Virus record (IMG/VR): IMGVR_UViG_3300032224_001028
Span: 1-63,816 of that record
From: a virus
Lineage: Duplodnaviria; Caudoviricetes
Strand: one strand, 5' to 3'
DNA length: 63,816 nucleotides
Made by a program: the position numbers and the translations under genes. This document shows, in pieces, positions 38,000 to 48,211 of this stretch; the stretch's first letter is position 1; each line of letters begins with the position of its first letter. The notes beneath the pieces are model-generated. The model was not told the origin of the DNA, ran no database searches, and was given only the letters and a program-made list of their open reading frames with translations.

Positions 38000-38454
38000 G
38001 CGAACCCGCAACGTTAGCTGAGAAGATTGCGAGCAAGGGCCGAGAGAAGGGTTTGACCCGTTTTGGCCCACACCGAGCGCATGTGCGTGAGGGGGTAATG
38101 AACCTTAGTCAAGCCGAGCTACAAGATCCGGAGATTCTTAGGAAGTGCTATAACGCTATCAATGAAGCACTTGAGGCTAAAGAATACTTGTGGAATAATA
38201 AGACACACACGTATGACGAAAGGCCCGATCATAAAACTCGTTTAAGATCTGCGGAACTATATCTAGGTTATGCAGTTGGGAAACCAGTCGAGAGAATCCT
38301 CACGACGACTAAGCACATCAAGACTGAGGACGATCGGCTCAAGGATTTGACCCCTGAAGCATTGGAGCTTTTGGCCGATAAGCTACGTAAGCATGGGCAA
38401 GCGCAAGCAGTTATAGAGAATGTTCCACGGGCCGAGGTCGAAAGTCCTAAGTAG
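37996..38454 (+). CDS. Putative terminase small subunit-like protein
   Basis: PDHKTRLRSAELYLGYAVGKP motif. Confidence 0.4.
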   Translation: MSEPATLAEKIASKGREKGLTRFGPHRAHVREGVMNLSQAELQDPEILRKCYNAINEALEAKEYLWNNKTHTYDERPDHKTRLRSAELYLGYAVGKPVERILTTTKHIKTEDDRLKDLTPEALELLADKLRKHGQAQAVIENVPRAEVESPK

Positions 38455-39043
38455 TCTGATAATCAAGGAGTTCTGCGAGCGTATGATACACTGTACATTG
38501 TGCGACAAATCACCGGCCTACCCCCCTCCGTTCCCCATTTTTGGCCGGCCTTTTTCCACAATACATACGAATAAAAAAAGGTCGGGTTCCCGTACCCCCC
38601 CCCTTCGCTTTAATTCAACATCTCGTTTCCTACGGCTAATTCCAGTTTTATTTTTTCTGAGCTTTTCATTTTCAAGTTCTACGTGCCGTTCCGCTTTCGT
38701 AGTGCCGAAGCCTAAGGTTCTCAAGAAGGTTTATGTGACTGCGTATTGGCGGGGCGAGGATCCTGACACGTCAAGGTTGCGTAGTGCCTCTGGCCGGCGT
38801 CTGGTTAGCGGTCGAAGCATGGCGTCGGATCCACGGGTATTTGATTATGGGACAAGGTTAGTGGTGGGGAACAGGGAGTGGGTAGTCGTCGATACCGGTA
38901 CGGATGTAATCGCTAGGAAGGCATCTAGGGTGAATGGGCATCGGGGGGTTCCCGTTGTGGATTGTTTCTTTAATACGGAACGGGAGGCCATGCGTTTTCT
39001 ACATGAGCTTCCATCAAAGTGTTTATATGCGGAGGTCAAATGA
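38420..39043 (+). CDS. 3D-domain (lytic transglycosylase-like) protein; start uncertain
   Basis: VTAY, SASG, ASDP..YGT, VVDTG and VDCF motifs. Confidence 0.7.
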   Translation: MFHGPRSKVLSSLIIKEFCERMIHCTLCDKSPAYPPPFPIFGRPFSTIHTNKKRSGSRTPPLRFNSTSRFLRLIPVLFFLSFSFSSSTCRSAFVVPKPKVLKKVYVTAYWRGEDPDTSRLRSASGRRLVSGRSMASDPRVFDYGTRLVVGNREWVVVDTGTDVIARKASRVNGHRGVPVVDCFFNTEREAMRFLHELPSKCLYAEVK

Positions 39044-39330
39044 GAGAGGGTTCTAAAGTGGTATGCGTCGATGACAGTTTTGAGACTGGGATTATCAACT
39101 TATACAAAATGCTTCCCATAAAAGATAAAGTCTATACCGTCCGTGGGATGAGCGTCGGCGTTTCGACAACAAGTGAGGCGGGGGAGATTGCCGTTTATTT
39201 AGTCGGCCTAGAGAATCCGTGTTCGAATGTCGCTCCGTTTCCTGAGCGTGGATTTAAGATTGAAAGGTTTCGTGAGATTGAGGAGCCGGTTGAGGAAGCG
39301 GTTGAATACGCCGAGGAGATGTCGAAATGA
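39040..39330 (+). CDS. Hypothetical protein
   Basis: GSKVVCVDD...YTVR...ERFR; GGAGG RBS. Confidence 0.65.
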   Translation: MREGSKVVCVDDSFETGIINLYKMLPIKDKVYTVRGMSVGVSTTSEAGEIAVYLVGLENPCSNVAPFPERGFKIERFREIEEPVEEAVEYAEEMSK

Positions 39331-39539
39331 AAGTACTTCTTTCTAGGATTTTTTTCTGGATGGGGGATTGCGCTTACCGGTTGTTTGGATCCTTTGGATT
39401 TGGGGCATGGGCTTACCAGAAGCTAATGAAAATATCGGTGGATCTGGATAAGCACGGGGATGTGTGGGCATTCCGTCCCTCGAAGCGGAAGTTTGGCAAA
39501 TGGAAAACTACTCCTTTTGGAAAGAAGAAAAATAAATGA
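39327..39539 (+). CDS. Hypothetical protein
   Basis: Coupled ORF. Confidence 0.55.
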   Translation: MKVLLSRIFFWMGDCAYRLFGSFGFGAWAYQKLMKISVDLDKHGDVWAFRPSKRKFGKWKTTPFGKKKNK

Positions 39540-39739
39540 AAAAGAACAAGGACTTAGGAAACATCACGTTTGGCAAATCGAGGAAAGTGAAGATGGTCGA
39601 GGTGGATATTACTTTCAACAAAAAGTGCGGGGACAACCTTTACAAGTATGGGCTTATGGAACTGCGAAAAGACAGGGAAGCAGTGATCTCGTACATGGTG
39701 CGATTGGCGATTGAACGGATGGTTAGGGGCAATAAATGA
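39536..39739 (+). CDS. Hypothetical protein
   Basis: Coupled ORF. Confidence 0.55.
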   Translation: MKKNKDLGNITFGKSRKVKMVEVDITFNKKCGDNLYKYGLMELRKDREAVISYMVRLAIERMVRGNK

Positions 39740-39963
39740 TTACCTATTTGCCGGCCTCCCGCTGGGTTCTGACTCCGTTCGGGGAAGCGTTATGGGTAGC
39801 AACGATTGACTACGGGATTTCCCATAACCCGATCTACCTAGTGGAAGTTGCGTCGAGTGGCGAACACCGGTGCATTGACATGAGGGAGATTCGGGGATTG
39901 GAAAACAAAACATTCAACATAGATCGTCCGATCATGAGTAGTGGTCGGGATCCAAAAATATAA
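39736..39963 (+). CDS. Hypothetical protein
   Basis: VLTPFGEA...IDYG motif. Confidence 0.6.
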   Translation: MITYLPASRWVLTPFGEALWVATIDYGISHNPIYLVEVASSGEHRCIDMREIRGLENKTFNIDRPIMSSGRDPKI

Positions 39964-39982
39964 AGAAAGGCAGGGAAAAGTA

Positions 39983-40495
39983 ATGAGTCTGTATCAGGCA
40001 TTCAATCGTAGCGTGGAGCAGGGCAGGACAGCGGAGCGCAGTAACGTGGTAAATCTTGAATTGGCTAGAGACGAAGCAATCATGGCAAGGATCAAGTTGG
40101 TGGAACGGGGGCTAGAGGCTATTACCGTTTTATCGCACCGGATCGCCGGCATGGAGGCTAGGATTGCAAGCATGACGGTAAATACTGCCGGAAGCTGGGG
40201 CGATAATTATATCAAAAATCTCAGTGCAGGAGTTAATGCGGATCCGGTTGAGAAAGTCGAGGGGCCAAAATTTGATATTCCGGAAGATCTTAACTTTGAT
40301 AGAAGCAACTACACTAAAAAGCCGGCAAACAAAACACCGGATAAAGTTGCTCGGAGATGGGCTATATGGAAGGCACAGCATGAATCCGGCATGCGGATCC
40401 TTCAGATTGCAAAGATGTGGGGTTGCGATCACGGATCAATCCTCTATGCCCGTTCGAAAAACTGGAAAGCAAGTACCGGATGGCATAAGCGATGA
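39983..40495 (+). CDS. Coiled-coil protein with C-terminal HTH
   Basis: GMRILQIAKMWGCDHGSILY. Confidence 0.6.
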   Translation: MSLYQAFNRSVEQGRTAERSNVVNLELARDEAIMARIKLVERGLEAITVLSHRIAGMEARIASMTVNTAGSWGDNYIKNLSAGVNADPVEKVEGPKFDIPEDLNFDRSNYTKKPANKTPDKVARRWAIWKAQHESGMRILQIAKMWGCDHGSILYARSKNWKASTGWHKR

Positions 40496-40953
40496 GGCCG
40501 TTGTATGAAACACAAGAGGATCTTTCACGGGAAAGGGAAGTTGGCGAAGCGATTGCCGAAAAGTGGAAGGTCGGTATCGAAAAGTTGCCGATCAAGTACA
40601 TCGTCGATTACGGGCTTACCCGTAACGAAAGGGTTGTTGCGTGGGCCGAGATTCGTTGCCGTTCGAAAGTATGGGAATGTCCTTTTATCTCAGCGCAAAA
40701 GTATTGGTCAGGGATCGATCTTTCAAAAAAGTCAGGACTCCCGTTCTTCCTCATATTCTCTTTTCCAAAACTTGTCTGCTACCGAAAGATCGAGGAAGGG
40801 GAGTTTCCGGACATTGTGTTTGGGGGAAGAGGTCAGATTCGGGACTGGCAGGATCGTGAGCCAATGGTGGTCATGGACATTCAGAGCTTTACTAAGGTGG
40901 ATGTTGTTGTTAATCTGACAACAACATGGAGCGAACATTTACATCAAGTCTAA
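40492..40953 (+). CDS. PD-(D/E)XK nuclease-like protein
   Basis: VDY......VAWAEIRCR. Confidence 0.55.
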   Translation: MRPLYETQEDLSREREVGEAIAEKWKVGIEKLPIKYIVDYGLTRNERVVAWAEIRCRSKVWECPFISAQKYWSGIDLSKKSGLPFFLIFSFPKLVCYRKIEEGEFPDIVFGGRGQIRDWQDREPMVVMDIQSFTKVDVVVNLTTTWSEHLHQV

Positions 40954-40962
40954 GGGGAACCA

Positions 40963-41364
40963 TTGAAGGCGAAAGGTCAATCTTCTATTTCTGGCCGAAA
41001 GACAAACCGAAAACGCACAAAAAAAAGCTACATCGCCGAAAATTGCGTAAAGCTGATCGAGGCGGTCGTCGCCGAGGCGATTCACGATTACCGTCATCTA
41101 AGGGCCGGAGGAATCGTCGATAAACTTAAGAAGGTTGGATCCCTAAGAAAATACGGGTTCAGTAAAGACAGCAAAGTAACGACGATGCGCCACGACGGGG
41201 AGGTGGTGGATCTCTTGAACTTCCTCAAGTCTCCTGACCTAGATCTACTGCTCAGGATGTGCCATTCGCCTATTGACGGATCCACGCTACGCAAAAGGTT
41301 GGATAAGCCTTACAATTCAGCATCCGCAAGGAACAGGGGGGCAGACGGGGCTTTCTATATATGA
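40963..41364 (+). CDS. Hypothetical protein
   Basis: LIEAVVAEAIHDY. Confidence 0.5.
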   Translation: MKAKGQSSISGRKTNRKRTKKSYIAENCVKLIEAVVAEAIHDYRHLRAGGIVDKLKKVGSLRKYGFSKDSKVTTMRHDGEVVDLLNFLKSPDLDLLLRMCHSPIDGSTLRKRLDKPYNSASARNRGADGAFYI

Positions 41365-42095
41365 TCTTTTCCCCAAGGATCCGGTTTCTTTGCGAGGAAC
41401 GTTTCAAAGGGGTTATCCCTGAGCCTTATCCAGCGAGTCAGTTTCTTCCGGATTGGTATAAGAAACTTCCGCACCGGATAGGCAATCAGGGGTTAAGCAA
41501 AGGAACAGTAAAGAGGTGCGCCCCATTCCTAGATTCTCTTTCCGCCGGCTTCATCATTCCTTTGGCCGGTGACGTCGAACTTGTCTCAACCGAGAAGGGA
41601 TCGATTGTCGCAACGGATAGTTCTTTCCCGACGAAAATCATAGGGATGCACCAACCTTGGCAGTTAGGTGGCGAGGCTCATCCATCCCATCCGGCCCAAC
41701 CGCTTAAGTTCTCAAACTTCTGGCATATCCATGTTCCCGCCGGTTGGTCGGTATTGTTCGTGCCTCCCCTAAATAGGGCAGATCCTAGATTTGAGTGTTT
41801 TTCGGCAATCGTTGAATGCGACAAGTTTAAGAATCAGATTAACTTCCCGTTCGTCCTTAAGGATCCCAAGTTTTCCGGAATCATCGAGCAGGGAACACCG
41901 TTGGTTCAGGCTATTCCCTTTAAGCGGTCGGAGATGGGCGGGAGACATTCTTGCGGAACGCTGAGTAAGAAGGATCTGGCTGAGATCAATAAAACAAAAC
42001 TCAAGATGGATGCTCACGAATCGTATTACAGGGATCGGGTTTGGAAAAAGGACGGCAAGAGTCGATGCCCGTTTCATAGGATACTCGGCTTATGA
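41361..42095 (+). CDS. Conserved phage protein (DUF6065-like)
   Basis: PDWYKK, CAPFLD...GFIIP, NFPF and GTPLVQAIPFKR motifs. Confidence 0.6.
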   Translation: MIFSPRIRFLCEERFKGVIPEPYPASQFLPDWYKKLPHRIGNQGLSKGTVKRCAPFLDSLSAGFIIPLAGDVELVSTEKGSIVATDSSFPTKIIGMHQPWQLGGEAHPSHPAQPLKFSNFWHIHVPAGWSVLFVPPLNRADPRFECFSAIVECDKFKNQINFPFVLKDPKFSGIIEQGTPLVQAIPFKRSEMGGRHSCGTLSKKDLAEINKTKLKMDAHESYYRDRVWKKDGKSRCPFHRILGL

Positions 42096-43825
42096 GTCTG
42101 GATTCAGTAATCGAAACGAGTCCTGCTCTCTGGATGGCAACATCCGGAATCATTAAAAACAAGGCCGGCAATCTAGTTAGGCCCAAGCCGAATGATTTTC
42201 AGAAGTTCGTTTCGGAAGTGATTGAGTGGTGTATCGAAAATAACGAGCGTCCTAGAATAGTCATCCTTAAGCCTCGCCAAAAGGGATCCTCAACGGTTTC
42301 GTGCGCTTGCGTCTATACGTTCTTGCGTCGCTTCTCCGGAGCTAGGTGCGCCTTGATCGGGGATGAGTTGGATACGTCAAACAATCTTGCGGAAATCTTC
42401 AGCCGGTATGCAGACATGGACGATCACGCATGGGGCAACGAATGGCATAAGACTAAGTTGGCATTCTCAAACGATTCAAGTTGTCACAAGGAAACGGCAA
42501 ACGATCCACGGGCCGGCATGTCGTCCACCTTTCAAGTCGTCTTGGCGTCCGAGGTGGCACACTGGAAGAAGCGGGGAGAACGGAATGCCGAAAGCGTACT
42601 TCTTTCGATCCTGAATTGCGTACCCGATGAGCCGAAAACCCTAGTTATTGTTGAATCTACCCCGAACGGTGCGTCCGGTGCGTTTTATGAGAGGTGGCAA
42701 AAGGCAGTATGGTTTGAGGATTTCAAAAAAGGAAAGAAGGGGAACGGTTTCATCCGTGTCTTTTGGCCTTGGTATTCATTTGCGGATTCTGTCGAGACGT
42801 TGCCGGCTCAGAAAGAAGAGGAAATTAAGGAATCCCTCACGGATTCTGAGAGGAATCTGATGGGTTTGGGTGCGACGATACCGAATCTTGCATGGCGTCG
42901 CCGGATCGTGGGTGAGAAATGCGGTGGAGATGCCGAGCTTTTTAATCAGGAATACCCCACCGACGACGTTTCATGCTTCTTAACGTCTGGCCGGCCAAGG
43001 TTTGACCGGTCAGGGGTTGAAAGGATCGAGGTTCTTACCAGAAAGAAGCAGAGAACAGAGGGTGTTCTGGATCCTTCCGGTAATTCGGTTGTGTTCCGGC
43101 CTACCGGATCCGCCGAAGCGTGGCTATGGCTATGGGAAAAGCCTGAGTACGGTCGCCGGTATTTGATTGGTGTCGATACCATGACAGGGGCGAGTCAGGT
43201 AGCAGGATCCACAAGGGAGCCGGACTGTCATTCAGTGATAGTTTTGGCATCCGGAGCTTTCGTATTAGGCAAATGGATCCCGCCTTCCGTAGTTGGGAGG
43301 TTAAAACCACCTTGCAGGGTGGATATTGACGTTCTGGCCCTATTTGTGGACAGGCTTTCAAGGTTCTTTGGTGGTTGCATGGTCGTTCCAGAGGTAAATA
43401 ACTCCGGATTGGCCCTAATCGAACTACTTAAGGATGCTCAAACGCCGATTTACCAACGTGAAATCTTCAATTTACGTGAATCCAAGAAGGCGAAGGCACT
43501 TGGATGGCAAACAACCGAAAAGACAAGGACGCTAGCAATAGAAACACTAGCCACGGCAATCAGAGACGGGGATCTGGATGGTGGCGGAATCAATATCTAT
43601 TGCCCAAACATCCTTTCCGAACTTAAGACATTCGTAATTACGGACTCCGGCAAGGCCGAGGCGATGAGTGGGAATCACGACGACGATGTTTTGGCTTTAT
43701 CAATCGCAATAGCGACAATCGATGGCGCAACTCCCTATCTTGCACCGTCATCAACAAGAGGACTACCGAGAGATCTGCTCAACGCAGAGAAATCCATTCA
43801 GGCAAACCGCAGAAGCTATGCTTGA
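42092..43825 (+). CDS. terL: Terminase large subunit
   Basis: ILKPRQKGSST, LASEVA, VESTPNG, IGVD and HDDDV motifs. Confidence 0.92.
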   Translation: MSLDSVIETSPALWMATSGIIKNKAGNLVRPKPNDFQKFVSEVIEWCIENNERPRIVILKPRQKGSSTVSCACVYTFLRRFSGARCALIGDELDTSNNLAEIFSRYADMDDHAWGNEWHKTKLAFSNDSSCHKETANDPRAGMSSTFQVVLASEVAHWKKRGERNAESVLLSILNCVPDEPKTLVIVESTPNGASGAFYERWQKAVWFEDFKKGKKGNGFIRVFWPWYSFADSVETLPAQKEEEIKESLTDSERNLMGLGATIPNLAWRRRIVGEKCGGDAELFNQEYPTDDVSCFLTSGRPRFDRSGVERIEVLTRKKQRTEGVLDPSGNSVVFRPTGSAEAWLWLWEKPEYGRRYLIGVDTMTGASQVAGSTREPDCHSVIVLASGAFVLGKWIPPSVVGRLKPPCRVDIDVLALFVDRLSRFFGGCMVVPEVNNSGLALIELLKDAQTPIYQREIFNLRESKKAKALGWQTTEKTRTLAIETLATAIRDGDLDGGGINIYCPNILSELKTFVITDSGKAEAMSGNHDDDVLALSIAIATIDGATPYLAPSSTRGLPRDLLNAEKSIQANRRSYA

Positions 43826-43858
43826 CGCACTAACGCACAAACCTAATTCATAGACAAA

Positions 43859-45766
43859 ATGGCCGATTTTCCCCCAGCCCAGTATATTGACGGTTACACT
43901 GCAACGGGTGATACAATATCTTTCACGATTGCGGGATACACCGGAAAGAAAGTTGCAAGCGTAACGGTTACTAATGGTGGATCCTATACAACTCCAACTG
44001 CTTCAGTTGCATTCTCAGGAGGATCCGGAAGTGGCGCAACCGCAACTGCAAACATGGGATTAAAAACCTTATCTTTTGCGTCGGTGGGCGCATCGAGCTT
44101 ACTGCAAACAAGCCAACCAGAGTCCGTCCAGATAACTACAAGTGATGGATTGGAGATAACCCCTCTCTTTGGCCTAGCGACAGTATCTCCTAACATAAAT
44201 ATGTTCTTCGACAGTGCCACAACCCCAACAGTTTCGGTGTCGGGAGAAAACGGGACATATTCAGATGCTTCGGTGTCGATTGATAGTTCATCATCACTAC
44301 ACGTTGCGAGTCTCTCTACTCCTTATACGCCAAACGGTGATGGTGACTTTGAGCAAGGAAATGCTGGTAGCGGAAGTTACCCAGTATCAGCGTCGGTACC
44401 GGTGCAGATTGTTAATGCTTCCGATACAAATACAGTGCTTGGGACTGCGACAATACACACAAATAGTGCTGGCCGTATCGACGCTCAAACGATATTTCCG
44501 ACTAGCTGGAATACTGCTCAATCTAAAAGCACTCTAAACGGGCTTTCGCTGAAGCTAAAAATGACGCAACCGTATTATTTAGTAACCGGATACGAGATTT
44601 ATCCGACTAACAGAACTGTTTATTTCAGAACAGATGGCGCACTTCAACCATCAGTATTTATAGGGGCTACAAGCCCATACGGAAGTTCTGCATCTTTCAC
44701 TGTAAATACGAACGACGTTTATCCTACGACATTCAAGGACATGAATACTGGGAACATTTATGTGCCAAATGCTGATATGCTAATAAAAACAACCAATGGT
44801 ACACACGTTGCAAACCTTGGCACAGGTGACTCTGAATGCGCATGGATTGCGTCCCCTATGACGTGGACTACTGCAAACTCAAACGTTACGTACAATGCCT
44901 TCCGTGAATCGAATCCGAATGGAAATCCAGTAGCTCAATTAACGATATATACAGCACAAAAAAATGGATCAACTGCCATAACATACAATGGAGGAGGAAA
45001 ATACGCCACTGATGTCGGTCAAGCCAGTGCTACTAATATATACCTGAATCCAGACGGCACAGGAGATATCGGCGGGGTTTTAGATGTTTATTCTGAGCCA
45101 ACCACAGAAATAAGCACTTCAGCGTTTGCTATCAAGGCATACAAGATGCCAATTTCAACAGCTTCAAGCAGAATAAGCGCAACTACCGCAGGATCCGGTT
45201 ATACTGAAAAGCTACAAGTTTCAAGCACCGGACTATATACAGAGGCAGAGCTTGTGAATGCCGTTGGAACGGAAAGCTATGATCAAATGTTGATCCTTAA
45301 TAACTCTAATGTACTCAGTTCCGGAAGTACCTACACTTCTTCATCGTCTATTACTATTACGGGTGGAGGATTAACAAACTCAAACATCGTAAAAAACGTT
45401 ATATTCAAAGTTAATAGCGTAACCATAACGAACGGAGGAACTGGATACACGACAAATCCAACAGTTGCAATTTCAGGTAGCATTTCTTCTGATGGCTCAA
45501 ACGCAACTGCAACATCGGCACTTTCGGCAACCCCAGCCATATCTCTTCCAAACCTTACCGGAACCGAGGCGGATCCAACAACGGGAGACTTCCGTGAGAT
45601 TTGCTATTCGATCTGCGAGTTGGTCAATAATATCGATACTCAAAGCGTTCGAACTAGCATAGAAACCAAACTTCAGACTGGTGGTGTTGGAATCATCGAC
45701 AAGTTCACCTTTGTCTTTGACCTAGTACCCGAAGCTGGTGTTCTTGCCGTGGAACAGGAGCCGTAA
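43859..45766 (+). CDS. Virion structural protein with large beta-rich insertion
   Basis: VT[VI]TNGG..YT repeats; termini homologous to the 45768 and 48212 proteins. Confidence 0.65.
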   Translation: MADFPPAQYIDGYTATGDTISFTIAGYTGKKVASVTVTNGGSYTTPTASVAFSGGSGSGATATANMGLKTLSFASVGASSLLQTSQPESVQITTSDGLEITPLFGLATVSPNINMFFDSATTPTVSVSGENGTYSDASVSIDSSSSLHVASLSTPYTPNGDGDFEQGNAGSGSYPVSASVPVQIVNASDTNTVLGTATIHTNSAGRIDAQTIFPTSWNTAQSKSTLNGLSLKLKMTQPYYLVTGYEIYPTNRTVYFRTDGALQPSVFIGATSPYGSSASFTVNTNDVYPTTFKDMNTGNIYVPNADMLIKTTNGTHVANLGTGDSECAWIASPMTWTTANSNVTYNAFRESNPNGNPVAQLTIYTAQKNGSTAITYNGGGKYATDVGQASATNIYLNPDGTGDIGGVLDVYSEPTTEISTSAFAIKAYKMPISTASSRISATTAGSGYTEKLQVSSTGLYTEAELVNAVGTESYDQMLILNNSNVLSSGSTYTSSSSITITGGGLTNSNIVKNVIFKVNSVTITNGGTGYTTNPTVAISGSISSDGSNATATSALSATPAISLPNLTGTEADPTTGDFREICYSICELVNNIDTQSVRTSIETKLQTGGVGIIDKFTFVFDLVPEAGVLAVEQEP

Positions 45767-45767
45767 T

Positions 45768-46121
45768 ATGGCATACGATAAATCTCCATCGTCCTTCTTT
45801 GGGACAGGCTATTCTTATTCATCAGCAAATAATAAAATCACACTTAGCACTTCTAACTCCACTCATGCAATCAAGCTGGATGAGCTTACAAATAGTGAAG
45901 CTAGCACAACTACGGGTGATGTAAGAAAGCTAGCTTATGCACTTATCTTGTTTATCGAGCAAAGAGTGACGGCACTCGCAGGAAATAAGCCAACGAAGAT
46001 GACAGTCACAACCACTACATCCAACGGAAGCGCACAGGCGTCAGCAGGAGGCTTGCTCAAGACATTTGCTATAACTTTTTATCGCAAAAACACGGCTCAT
46101 TTCGACGTTACTCCGGAGTGA
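45768..46121 (+). CDS. Small virion protein (paralog family)
   Basis: ELTNSEASTTTGDVRK motif. Confidence 0.65.
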   Translation: MAYDKSPSSFFGTGYSYSSANNKITLSTSNSTHAIKLDELTNSEASTTTGDVRKLAYALILFIEQRVTALAGNKPTKMTVTTTTSNGSAQASAGGLLKTFAITFYRKNTAHFDVTPE

Positions 46122-46158
46122 TGCTTGACAGGGCTTGTTGTCCTTCTAACAACATTAT

Positions 46159-48198
46159 ATGGCTGAAAATAGTAACTTCTCTGCGCCTATTTCGGATACC
46201 GGTTATGGGGCATATTACGAAAAGATACGAGCCAATAAGATTGCCCAGCGTCAAAACAGTACAAGCGAGCGCAGAAGGAAACTTACCGACTCTGAGGAGA
46301 GTGACATAGCCTCCAAGTCCTTGCAGTGGTACAAAGATCTTCCTGATAAGGCAAAAGCAAAATATCGATTCGACGCAGAAAAAGGAGCGACAGCTACCGA
46401 CGCAGAAAAAGAACAATTTCAGGCCGAGCTAAGTCAAAACTACGACATGCTTGGACGCAGGAGACAGTCTCCTCAAGAGCAGTGGAAGCAATACGACGAT
46501 AATGTTGGTCGCAGTGGTGACGTAATGATTACCAATTCGGACGGAAAGAGGGTTGTTGATCCAAGATACAATCAGGACATTATTGAAAACTACGGAAAGA
46601 AATATCCGACAACTGGGAACAATGCAAAACCCGTGCCTGAGCCTTCCTCTAATAATGGGGAAGTTCAGGTTGCAGGGGTGGCTAACGCAGAGGGTAAGGT
46701 TAGCGGATCTCAACCCGCAGGATCGCCCCAGCCGGCGGGATCATCTCCTGAACTTAATAAAGCCAAGCAGAACAATGATAAAGAAGGATTCGGTTACACT
46801 GATTCTGAGTCATATAATGCTTTCAAAAAGGGACGCACTTCTGCGGTAAGCGATTACAATACTCAATTTAATAAAGGCCCGATGGGTGAAAGGCTTAAGG
46901 ACATTCAGACTGCTCAGGACGGAATAGCGATGAATAGTCGCTACAATACTGATAACAGTGCAGGACGAAAAATGGCCGATGCAGAAGCTAGAAACTTGCT
47001 TCAAGATGAACGTGAAAAGATTAAAATGGAGTATGATAAAGGGATTCAGGCAAGCGCAAGGCGAGACGAGGATGCAAGGCTTTTGGCAAGCGGAAGAACA
47101 CTTAAATATGACAAGGAGCGTGAGAGCAACGAAAGAGGCTACATAGCTGATCGTACTCAGTTCGCAGACATCGACGAAAGAATGGGCGAGATGCGAAGAG
47201 TCGTTACAGGAAGAGAAGAAAAAGACGGCAGGACTACAACATTCCTAAGGAACAAGGATGGATCAACCGCATCCGTCTCAACGACGACTCAGGCGACTGA
47301 AGATAAGATTGACGCACTTAGGGCTACTAGGACTAAAGAATTGCTTGCTGGTGGCATGGATGAAAAAAGCGCAAAAAAGCAAGCCTCTCAGGATGTTCGT
47401 CAAATATATGCTGAAGGGAACATCGACGACTACAACACAACCAACGGCAGACCCGCCACAAAAAGAGCAGATTATACGGCTTTAGACGACAAAGACAGGA
47501 TTTCAGCTATGGCCCGTAATAATTACGACCCATCCAAGCTAGCTTCAGATAAAGAATACCAATCTGTATTGGCACGACGAAGTGGCGACAAGAAGATCCA
47601 AGATATGTCAAAAGACTTCGATAAGCAGAAAATGGAAATGGCGAATGCAAAACCAGAAGTGGCAAAACCTTATGACTTTTTTAAGAAAGATGGTTCTGTT
47701 GATAAAAGCGCATTTGCCCGTGTTAGCGATAAGCCTTTAGAAGTTCCATACAAAGAGAACGCTCCCGCAACAGGCTCGAATCCAATACAAGCACCAAAGA
47801 CTCCACAATATGAGGGCGATGTTGGCTACAAAGGGCCATCTGATACGCCTAAGGCCGAAATCCAAAGCGCATCCAAAGAACCGGAGTTAAATGATTTTCA
47901 GAAAATGTACGTTGAAGAGGCTCAGAAAGCTATCGCTAAGGATCCATCAGTCGCTCAAACGATGGCAACAAACCAATCCGGAAAAGCGGGTGGATTCAAG
48001 TCGGGCATAGATGCAGAACAAACTAAAGAGTTAATGGCGATAGATACAAAAGCAAACCAACCAACAATCTCTGCACCAAAACAAGTTGCCAGTACACCTA
48101 AATATGAGGGGCCAGATGCTTCTGGTGGAACTGCCGACGCAAACGATTTAGCTAGAAAGAAAAAGAAAAATCCAAACGAAGGAACAATGGTAGCTTAA
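46159..48198 (+). CDS. Charged hydrophilic protein, putative internal virion/ejection protein
   Basis: 679 aa, K/D/E/Q-rich, upstream of the giant protein. Confidence 0.55.
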   Translation: MAENSNFSAPISDTGYGAYYEKIRANKIAQRQNSTSERRRKLTDSEESDIASKSLQWYKDLPDKAKAKYRFDAEKGATATDAEKEQFQAELSQNYDMLGRRRQSPQEQWKQYDDNVGRSGDVMITNSDGKRVVDPRYNQDIIENYGKKYPTTGNNAKPVPEPSSNNGEVQVAGVANAEGKVSGSQPAGSPQPAGSSPELNKAKQNNDKEGFGYTDSESYNAFKKGRTSAVSDYNTQFNKGPMGERLKDIQTAQDGIAMNSRYNTDNSAGRKMADAEARNLLQDEREKIKMEYDKGIQASARRDEDARLLASGRTLKYDKERESNERGYIADRTQFADIDERMGEMRRVVTGREEKDGRTTTFLRNKDGSTASVSTTTQATEDKIDALRATRTKELLAGGMDEKSAKKQASQDVRQIYAEGNIDDYNTTNGRPATKRADYTALDDKDRISAMARNNYDPSKLASDKEYQSVLARRSGDKKIQDMSKDFDKQKMEMANAKPEVAKPYDFFKKDGSVDKSAFARVSDKPLEVPYKENAPATGSNPIQAPKTPQYEGDVGYKGPSDTPKAEIQSASKEPELNDFQKMYVEEAQKAIAKDPSVAQTMATNQSGKAGGFKSGIDAEQTKELMAIDTKANQPTISAPKQVASTPKYEGPDASGGTADANDLARKKKKNPNEGTMVA

Positions 48199-48211
48199 CA
48201 AAGGAGACAAT

